In this document: in pieces, positions 57,401 through 64,000 of the stretch
How positions within the stretch are numbered: position 1 is the first letter of the stretch
How the letters are laid out: every line of letters starts with the position of its first letter
NCBI GenBank assembly: GCA_024637035.1
Contig: JAGXFW010000025.1
Coordinates: 11,626-75,625, forward strand
Reading direction: 5' to 3'
Source of the DNA: Actinomycetes bacterium
GTDB taxonomy: Bacteria; Actinomycetota; Thermoleophilia; RBG-16-64-13
Length of the DNA stretch: 64,000 nt
Made by a program: the position numbers and the translations under genes
Notes under the pieces: generated by a model
The model's input: only the letters and a program-made list of their open reading frames with translations
Told to the model about the DNA's origin: nothing
Database searches by the model: none

Positions 57401-60400
57401 CGCGGACCTCGGAGCGGACGGCCGAGACCCTGGGCCTCCCGGGGTGGCGGTATACGTTCGAGCAGTCGCTCAGTTTCCCGAACGCCAACAGGATCGACTA
57501 CACCGATCCAACGGGCGACATCCACATTTTCGTGCGGAGCGGCCCCTCGACGGCCGATTGGTGGACACCGCCGGCGGGCTACGCCGCCAACCTCGGGAAA
57601 GACGGCAGCGCGTGGAAGCTGAAACTCCCCGGCGGGAACACCCTCGTCTTCGACTCCTCCGGCAGGTTGCTCTCCGAGGCCGACCCCAACGGCAACACCA
57701 CCACCTACAACTACACCGGGGGCGTTATCGACAGCATCAAGGCCGCGAACGCCCAGGTGATCGACGTGACCGTGAGCGCCGGCGCGTTGACCGGTGCTGT
57801 CTACACGACAGCCGACGGCGTGCGAGCAGTCGCATACGACAAGGCGGCGAAGACCGTGACCTACTTCCCAGGTGTCTCCGGCCTTGAGCACGTCGTGAAC
57901 TACACCTACTCGGGTGATCTACTCTCATCCATCAAGGCTCTCGACTACACTACGAGCAGCGATCCGGCGGCGGCGTTCACCTATTCGTCCGATCGCCTCA
58001 CCCAGTACAAGGCGCCCGACTACAACGCCACGACCAATACCGACGCCCGCACCGAGATCGCCTACGGCACGAAGACGGCCACACTCACCGCCTACGGGTT
58101 CGTGTATTCTGCCTCGGCCATCACCGGTGCCGCGAACACCCAGATCACCCAAACCTTCACCTGGAACGATTCCGGCACCATGGCCTCGAAGACGAATCCG
58201 AAGACGTCGTCCGAGACCACGACTGAGACCTGGTACTACCAATACGAGCCGAGGACCAACCTCCCGACTAAGGAGACCGACCCGCTCGGCAAGACCCGCA
58301 CCTGGACCTACAACCTGCGTGGGAACCAACTCACCGAGACCGACCAACTGAACCGGACCACCACCTACTCGTATCCTGACACCGACCCCGGCATCCCGCA
58401 CTACCTGCAGATCCGGGTAGCTGCGGACGGAGACGACGCACGCAAAGAGGGCCCGACTGTCTACGCGACCGGGTCCGCCTGGCAGGCCGTGGGGAAGGGC
58501 TCTTCGGTGCTCAGCGAAGGCTGGCGCTTCCGGAACGTGGACATCCCCAAAGGGGCCACGGTCCGCGACGCCCGGGTCCACCTCTACGCAGCGTACGACG
58601 CGAACGGCAATCCGGCTTCGGTGGTCTCGAAGATCGGTCTGGAGGCCGCGGACAACCCCGGGGCGTGGGCGCAGACGACGCACGAGCCCATCCTCAGCAA
58701 GCTGACCACCACCCAGGCGGCCTGGTCGGTAAGTGCCTGGAAGCAGGGGCAGTGGTACTCCTCACCCGATCTCTCCGCCTCGGTCACCGAGGTGATCGGG
58801 CGCACCGGCTGGGCGGCCGGGAACTCCATGGCCGTCATCTGGGCCGATAACGGGACCGCAAGCGGCAACTACCTGAAGTCGGGCGACTACTACGGCGGGA
58901 ACCCGGCGCTCTTCACCGTCTACTACACCGTCCCCTTCGACCCAAACCGCGACGAAGTGGGCGGGGTCACCGACCCCCTCGGGTCGAAGACTACGGTCAC
59001 CCGCGACAAGAACACCAACCCCACCGAGGTCACACGCACTCTGAACGCGACCCAGTCGGAGAGCACCAAGTACACCTACGAGGACGAAGCGGTCGGCTCC
59101 GCCACCTACAAGGGCGCTCTCACACTGGAGGAGAAGCTCATCAGCGGCACATGGGGCGGTGCCAACGCTGCCACTGCCACCGACTACGACACCGGCGGCT
59201 ACGCGACGAACGGACAACCGAACAAGGTGGTCCAGAAGACGGTGGCGCTGCAGGAAGGCCAGTCCTCTCCACCCGACCTCACCACCACCTACACCTTCGA
59301 CGACTTCGGCCAACTCGAGAAGGAGACGAACCCTGACGAGGTACTTGTGGCCGACAACACCTACGACAAAGCCGGTCGGCTGCTCATTTCGATCGGCCCC
59401 GCCTTCCCCTCCGGAGGGGGTCCTGCCACCCAGGTGAAGACCCACCACGTGTACAACGGCTGGGGGTTCGAGACCGAGACCTATCAGACTTCGACCGCCG
59501 ACCCCGGGGCCGCCAAGTACAACCGCTCGGTGGTCGCCTACGACCGTGCCGGTCGGGTCCTGACGGTCAAGGATCGCTTGAGTTCCACGACGTTGGTGCG
59601 TATACGCACCAACATCTACGACGGCCGAGGACTCCTCATCTCCACCGACGACACCACGGTCAGCGACCTTGACGCGCGCACCGCGTACGACGCCCGGGGC
59701 CAGGTGGTCGCGTCGTGGGCGGGCGGCGCCTGCACGGGAACCGACTATGAGATCGCCAAGGCCACCCGCTACCTCGATGGAACCACCCCCGCCTATGACG
59801 CTCTCGGTCGAGTGACAAAGAGCGCTCCCCCGGGCGACAACCCCACCACCTTCACCTACTACGACGACGGGCGCCTTCACACCAGGGTGCTGCCCGACGG
59901 CTCGCAGGAGACCTACACCTACGACGCCGGCGGCAACCTCACGCAGACCGTCTCCACCAAGGACGGCACGAGCTCGGCCACCTACGACCTCGGCGGGCGC
60001 CGCCTGACCCAGACGAGCGCCGCCGGCCTCACCACGAGCTTCGCCTACGATCTCCTCTCCCGGATCACGAGCGCCGGCGCGGGTCCGGCCGCCTCCACCT
60101 ACGCTTACAACACCCTCGGCTGGCAACTACGGGTGACCGACGCCGACGGCTTTGCGACGGTCCGCGTCTTCGACAAACTCGGACGCACGATCTCGGAGAC
60201 GACCGCCGATGAGACCACCACCTCGACCTACGACCCCGCCGGACACCTCACGAAGCAGGTGGATCATCAAGGCCGCTGGCGGGAGCTCTCCTATGACCTC
60301 ATGGGGCGGGTGACGCGGGATCTGCAAACCTTGTCTGGCACCCCACGGGTCTCGGTGAAGGACACCACCCTCACCTACGACTCGCTCGGGCGGGTGCTCA

Positions 60401-62394
60401 CCACCTCCGACGCCGTTCGCAATCTGGGGCACACCCTGACCTACCCGGAGAACACCCCCGCCCCCACCACCGACCAGGCCGTGGTGGGCACCACAGGCAC
60501 CGACGCCGTCCAGACCACCCTCACCGTGGCTGCTGACGGATACGAGACCAGCCGAGCGAGCGAAATCTACAGCAACCCCGCACTCCCCACCATCACCCGC
60601 ACGGTGGGCCCGCGCGACACCGCGCACCGTCCGACCCAAGTCACCACCCAGACCGGCGCCTCCACCTCCATCTCTGCCCAGTACTCCTACGACACCGCCG
60701 GACGCCTGAAGCGTCAATGGGGTCCCACGGGCGCCGCGGGCTCCGGCTACCTCGCAGGTGCCGCCACCACTGACGCCTATACCTACCACCCGACCACAGG
60801 CCTAAAGACCGGCGAGAACCTCCGCCTCCAGAGCGTAGGCACGGCCGGGGTCCTCACCGCCTCCTACACCTACACGACCGCCGGCCGCCTGGCGACCGCC
60901 ACCGTGAACGGCGTCTCCGACACCACCACCTTCGACCCAGCCGGGAACCTCACCAGCTTCACCGGCACCACCCTCACCTATCAAGAGAACCGCCTGGCCA
61001 CCACCGTCACCGGTGGCGCCACCACCTACTACACCTACGATGCCGGGAAGCGCTGGCGTCTCTCCCAAGGCACGACCACCAACACGAGCGACCCGAACCG
61101 CATCCGCTACACCTACACGGCCCAAGGGCGCTTGGCCACCTACCTGAACCCGAGTACCTCCGTCTCCGCCGCCTACACCTACGACCAAGAGGGCCAGCGC
61201 ACGCAGTCTGCGGTGACCATAGGTTCGCAGACCACCGCCACCGACTTCTCCTACCAGGGACTCCAGCTGCAGAGCCTGGGAGCCACACAAAGCGGCGGCA
61301 CCAACCCCACCTCCTGGAAGGTCACCTACCTCTACGACGAGCAGGGCCGCCCCTACGGCGGTGTCTACCGGAGCCCGAAGGAGAGCATCGCCCCTCTATA
61401 CTTCGGCATCCTGACGAGTGACCGAGGCGACATCGTCTCCCTCCTCGATGCAAACGGCACCCCCTTCGCCGCCTATCGCTACGACGCCTGGGGCAAGCCC
61501 ACCGGCACGGGGAACGTCGGGACCGGCGTGTGGAGCAAGTCCACGAGTCTCATCTCCGCCGGAGTCGCAAGCGCCATCGCGACCCGACAGATCCTCCGCT
61601 ACGCGGGCTACGCTTTCGACCAAGAGAGTTCCCTCTACTACCTCTCCTCCCGGAGCTACGACCCCGTCACCCGACAGTTCCTCTCCAAGGACCTCTCCCG
61701 CAACGACGGGGAAGAGAGTGCCTACCAGTACTGCGGAGGGAACCCGGTGGCGGGGGTGGATCCTACGGGGTATCGGATGGACGAGTTCGCAACGTCGCAG
61801 GAGCGGCAGGCGGCGGAGATCTCCCGGGGTAGGATCAAGAAGGCACAGAGGGCGTCGAAGGCACGGGTGCAGCGGCGGAGATTGGACGAGAAGGGCCCCA
61901 AGCTACCTACATCTGCTGGAAACCGATTGCGGGGCCTTGGAGTTGCGCTCGATTTATTCACGGGATACGGTTCGCGAGACCGTGTGTACAGCCCATCGTC
62001 CCCCGAGACCAATGAGATGCGACATGCCTGGGGCCGAGACATGCGCGATGCCTTCGCTAAGGAAGACTACCGGTCTACCAGGTGGAAGTCGGGTCATGTT
62101 ACGCCCTTAGTGATGCAGTTGGCCTCTGGTCCCGACATCTTCAACACCATGAGCCAGGCCGGCGGTGTCTCGGGTACTGTAGCGCCCTTACCGGATGGGA
62201 GGGCCAAGTTCGAAATCACAAACGAGGCCGGGAGGGAGTCGTTCTTCAATTTCATCAACCTACCGCTTGAGCTGTTGGTGCTCGGTTCAGCCAACAGCCC
62301 AGTCATCTCGAATGCTGACAAGGAAGAGGGTCCCTGGAGCACGATACGGCAGACCTTCTACTGGTATGAGTCCATGGAGGACCTTACAAGATGA
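54457..62394 (+). CDS. Secreted, cell-wall-binding RHS/YD-repeat polymorphic toxin (about 2645 aa)
   Basis: Signal peptide; DNRLRE-like domain; beta-helix (GDGTTDDTAAIQ); three CW_binding_2-like repeats (PDAL motifs); YD repeats; YQYCGGNPVAGVDPTG core end; composition shift in the tail. Confidence 0.9.
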   Translation: MRQRGLGRCVSVAVLLVALGALTLFLGGPMTPALGVSPSISTEPGVVRELVEKRTANSQTFLLSDGRLRAVVSSGFVNYRDESGAWRQIDTRLVAGTRSGDYVSAATPIEVTAASDSPARVSLAYQDSTITLGPKNARPAQFSVRDSVATYRGIATDADLTYQVLGDGVKETIVLRSPKAANTYTFTISHPGLLLMQDETTGQWGLRTAMEHDPLFVLGGLNVADSSVNEAGDPAYSDEAEMRVEPGTEESTVTYTVPRSWLDDKERVYPVLIDPTVTAVASTGDTFVSSASPNTNYGSDDDMHVGYYDSTTGDCRGLVRFDLPADLLTGGYVQSADLYLRQNWQSVLAPSVARVGAIDRAWSESSTYNSLGGHYIIEAKEVATVAARAQDLHFDFTQMVQRWATGKYVNHGFVIYQEWTEGQTYWRKILSKEHPTSSYRPKLTITYTAPLDVTASPFNAKGDGTTDDTAAIQGAINAADPNGGVVYFPSGTYKVGGLNLAKSNVVLRGLGTASVLVPASAAQGHLIQVGGATAVTNVLVENLNLRLPPSGGGVSVAGAGGGSNVRIRNNTFSGGNDSATTHALGVAANFTSVEVTDNDLALVTSVPLDIEGDSGSERIVARNTMPTAPYQADLMWGIDRYQTAIRLSQAAFPTWAEGVVLVSGENYPDALSAGPLAAAYDGPTLLTQAASLNVGTKAELQRLNPSRVFVVGLGTSISDAVTHALPSAQVTRLAGPSRYDTAALVAAEVKTKRSLDGLSVTKVVIVPGDGYPDGLTSGPMAAKNGWPILLTPKAGPIPAATQTAYQTTLGVNQAVVVGVNAGVAIPGIESHRINGADVFATSSLVAQYAVQNGSSYAHTALATGLNFPDALAAGSYLGADGGVLLLTNGTSIAPDSVALLEANYAALDTLDYIALPSLWEADENCGAWLPEAPQHTSVGLGAFARHEMGVRLDQGTLQVAVTDLAIDSFGPSATLTRVYSSSRTSERTAETLGLPGWRYTFEQSLSFPNANRIDYTDPTGDIHIFVRSGPSTADWWTPPAGYAANLGKDGSAWKLKLPGGNTLVFDSSGRLLSEADPNGNTTTYNYTGGVIDSIKAANAQVIDVTVSAGALTGAVYTTADGVRAVAYDKAAKTVTYFPGVSGLEHVVNYTYSGDLLSSIKALDYTTSSDPAAAFTYSSDRLTQYKAPDYNATTNTDARTEIAYGTKTATLTAYGFVYSASAITGAANTQITQTFTWNDSGTMASKTNPKTSSETTTETWYYQYEPRTNLPTKETDPLGKTRTWTYNLRGNQLTETDQLNRTTTYSYPDTDPGIPHYLQIRVAADGDDARKEGPTVYATGSAWQAVGKGSSVLSEGWRFRNVDIPKGATVRDARVHLYAAYDANGNPASVVSKIGLEAADNPGAWAQTTHEPILSKLTTTQAAWSVSAWKQGQWYSSPDLSASVTEVIGRTGWAAGNSMAVIWADNGTASGNYLKSGDYYGGNPALFTVYYTVPFDPNRDEVGGVTDPLGSKTTVTRDKNTNPTEVTRTLNATQSESTKYTYEDEAVGSATYKGALTLEEKLISGTWGGANAATATDYDTGGYATNGQPNKVVQKTVALQEGQSSPPDLTTTYTFDDFGQLEKETNPDEVLVADNTYDKAGRLLISIGPAFPSGGGPATQVKTHHVYNGWGFETETYQTSTADPGAAKYNRSVVAYDRAGRVLTVKDRLSSTTLVRIRTNIYDGRGLLISTDDTTVSDLDARTAYDARGQVVASWAGGACTGTDYEIAKATRYLDGTTPAYDALGRVTKSAPPGDNPTTFTYYDDGRLHTRVLPDGSQETYTYDAGGNLTQTVSTKDGTSSATYDLGGRRLTQTSAAGLTTSFAYDLLSRITSAGAGPAASTYAYNTLGWQLRVTDADGFATVRVFDKLGRTISETTADETTTSTYDPAGHLTKQVDHQGRWRELSYDLMGRVTRDLQTLSGTPRVSVKDTTLTYDSLGRVLTTSDAVRNLGHTLTYPENTPAPTTDQAVVGTTGTDAVQTTLTVAADGYETSRASEIYSNPALPTITRTVGPRDTAHRPTQVTTQTGASTSISAQYSYDTAGRLKRQWGPTGAAGSGYLAGAATTDAYTYHPTTGLKTGENLRLQSVGTAGVLTASYTYTTAGRLATATVNGVSDTTTFDPAGNLTSFTGTTLTYQENRLATTVTGGATTYYTYDAGKRWRLSQGTTTNTSDPNRIRYTYTAQGRLATYLNPSTSVSAAYTYDQEGQRTQSAVTIGSQTTATDFSYQGLQLQSLGATQSGGTNPTSWKVTYLYDEQGRPYGGVYRSPKESIAPLYFGILTSDRGDIVSLLDANGTPFAAYRYDAWGKPTGTGNVGTGVWSKSTSLISAGVASAIATRQILRYAGYAFDQESSLYYLSSRSYDPVTRQFLSKDLSRNDGEESAYQYCGGNPVAGVDPTGYRMDEFATSQERQAAEISRGRIKKAQRASKARVQRRRLDEKGPKLPTSAGNRLRGLGVALDLFTGYGSRDRVYSPSSPETNEMRHAWGRDMRDAFAKEDYRSTRWKSGHVTPLVMQLASGPDIFNTMSQAGGVSGTVAPLPDGRAKFEITNEAGRESFFNFINLPLELLVLGSANSPVISNADKEEGPWSTIRQTFYWYESMEDLTR
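61288..61867 (+). repeat. 580-bp imperfect direct repeat, copy 1 (RHS core end)
   Basis: Colinear with 63010-63589 at a constant offset of 1722. Confidence 0.9.
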
Positions 62395-62864
62395 CCAAGA
62401 GCAGTCGTCGTGTGCGGGGATGCGGAACGACTGCCATCGCGGTCGCGCTGGCCCTGATCGGGTTGACGGCAGCATTGATGTGGCCGTTCCCAGTCTCCGA
62501 CGGCCATCCCTCCGGCCTTGTCGGGACATGGAAAGGAGAGGGCGTGCCGTTTGAGATGAGATCTTCGAGTGAAGACAACGAATTTCAAGTGGTGCTCATT
62601 TTGGCTCCCGACGGGTCGAGCCACGAGGAAATCTGGCGGGCTGGTCGCTTGGAACGGACTCTCTCCGGGAGTTGGGTCGTCGAAGGTGGTCGTCTGCGGG
62701 TCACGTTCATCGACCCAACACTTGACGACGTGCAGATGGAGCCACCGGCTCGGATGTCGGTCCCCGTCTACTGGGGCCTCAGCCAAGGTACCTACATTGA
62801 TGGCGGTGGCCATGGGGATGCCGGCATCGCCTTGCACAAGACGTCCTCCGAGGTCTCCCGATGA
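62391..62864 (+). CDS. Putative RHS immunity protein (membrane-anchored, lipocalin-like LVGTW)
   Basis: ATGA overlap with the RHS stop codon; N-terminal TM. Confidence 0.65.
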   Translation: MTKSSRRVRGCGTTAIAVALALIGLTAALMWPFPVSDGHPSGLVGTWKGEGVPFEMRSSSEDNEFQVVLILAPDGSSHEEIWRAGRLERTLSGSWVVEGGRLRVTFIDPTLDDVQMEPPARMSVPVYWGLSQGTYIDGGGHGDAGIALHKTSSEVSR

Positions 62865-62994
62865 GTAGTCGAGTGGTGGGTAGCGGAGGAGGGAGCGGCC
62901 GCTGCCATCGCAGAGACGATCAAGCCTTTGGGGGCTGATATCGTTGTACGCCTACGAGGGCCTGGCGCAAGGCTCGCTGCGGACCCCGAACACT

Positions 62995-64000
62995 ATGGGT
63001 TTGAACACGCAAAGCGGCGGCACCAACCCCACCTCCTGGAAGATCACCTACCTCTACGACGAACAGGGCCGCCCCTACGGCGGCGTCTACCGGAGCCCGA
63101 CAGAGAGCACCACCCCCCTCTACTTCGGCATCCTGACCTCAGACCGAGGCGACATCGTCTCCCTCCTCGACGCCGCCGGCGCCCCCTTCGCCGCCTACCG
63201 CTACGACGCCTGGGGCAAGCCCACCGGCACGGGGAACGTGGGGACCGGCGTCTGGAGTAAGAGCACCGGCCTCATCAGCCTGCAGGTGGCCACCGACCTG
63301 GCCAAGCGCCAACCCCTGCGCTACGCTTCCTACTGCTACGACGCAGAGAGCTCCCTCTACTACCTCTCCTCCCGGAGCTACGACCCCACAACGAGGCAGT
63401 TCCTCTCCAAGGACCTCTCCCGCAACGACGGGGAGGAGAGTGCGTATCAGTACTGTGGGGGGAACCCGGTGGCAGGGGTGGATCCTACTGGGTATCGGAT
63501 GGACGAGTTCGCGACGTCGCAGGAGCGGCAGGCGGCGGAGATCTCCCGGGGTAGGATCAAGAAGGCGCAGAGGGCATCGAAGGCACGGGCCATGTACAGA
63601 CGACTGAACCCAGGGGAGTCTGCAGCCAAGGAGGGCACCGCGTTCTCAGCGTCCCTATCCGTGCCCGGAGGCATGCGCGGACTGCTGAACCGCTTGTCCT
63701 TCGACCCCACTCCTTATCGCTACAGGGATAAAGGGTCGAACGTAGGGGTTCCTGGTGTTCCTATCGGCGTGAGCAACGGCACGGCCGTCAACTACGGGCC
63801 CACCGGGAGGGCGGTCTCCTCTGTTCCCTACGACGGCATGTACTTGGGCGGCCTACCCGCCTACTACGATCAGACTGGCTACGGTAGTGTTGAGCCCAAC
63901 ACCCGGTATGTGCAGGGTGGTTTGGGGTTCATCGTAGGTGCCAACTTCAGTATGAACCTCTCACGGATCGGCGACGCCTACTCAGCTGCCTATGAGCCCG
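62995..64000 (+). CDS. Orphan RHS core fragment with an alternative C-terminal toxin (runs off the window edge)
   Basis: Not in the ORF track. MGLNTQSGGTNPTSWKITYLYDEQGRP...NPVAGVDPTGYRMDEF...KAR, then a different tail AMYRRLNPGE... Confidence 0.85.
   Translation, partial: MGLNTQSGGTNPTSWKITYLYDEQGRPYGGVYRSPTESTTPLYFGILTSDRGDIVSLLDAAGAPFAAYRYDAWGKPTGTGNVGTGVWSKSTGLISLQVATDLAKRQPLRYASYCYDAESSLYYLSSRSYDPTTRQFLSKDLSRNDGEESAYQYCGGNPVAGVDPTGYRMDEFATSQERQAAEISRGRIKKAQRASKARAMYRRLNPGESAAKEGTAFSASLSVPGGMRGLLNRLSFDPTPYRYRDKGSNVGVPGVPIGVSNGTAVNYGPTGRAVSSVPYDGMYLGGLPAYYDQTGYGSVEPNTRYVQGGLGFIVGANFSMNLSRIGDAYSAAYEP
63010..63589 (+). repeat. 580-bp imperfect direct repeat, copy 2
   Basis: Colinear with 61288-61867. 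Confidence 0.9.

Noticed and set aside
1-64000. CRISPR arrays, tRNA/rRNA genes, transposases or integrases
   Set aside because: No spaced repeats, cloverleaf structures or recombinase motifs seen by eye; short RNAs could be missed without tools.

Overview
High-GC bacterial DNA, probably from an anaerobic or facultative actinobacterium (Thermoleophilia/Coriobacteriia-like; this is an inference from GC content, CW_binding_2-type repeats and gene content). Most of the window is metabolic: cysteine desulfurase, Amt, a beta-oxidation pair, Ric, a lower-GC Liv-type ABC + Fe-ADH cassette, a malic enzyme-fumarase-sdhCDAB operon, trpS, a PucR-linked aminotransferase/MMSDH pair, a frameshifted agmatinase, norCB, an mce-mutase-sucCD-accDA operon, TetR/MFS, DUF72 and trpB2. 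Three things stand out. (1) A small membrane-anchored gene (44738-45193, minus strand) has an in-frame UGA followed 11 nt later by a SECIS-like hairpin, making it a candidate new selenoprotein that the ORF track truncates. (2) A 1341-aa membrane-anchored protein with a nucleotidyltransferase-like FG-x5-DxD tail is translationally coupled to a double-zinc-ribbon membrane protein. (3) A 2645-aa cell-wall-anchored RHS toxin with an unusual domain mosaic is followed by a putative immunity gene and an orphan RHS cassette that shares about 31 codons beyond the cleavage site. No rRNA, tRNA, CRISPR array or transposase was seen. All family calls come from reading motifs by eye; no database searches were run.
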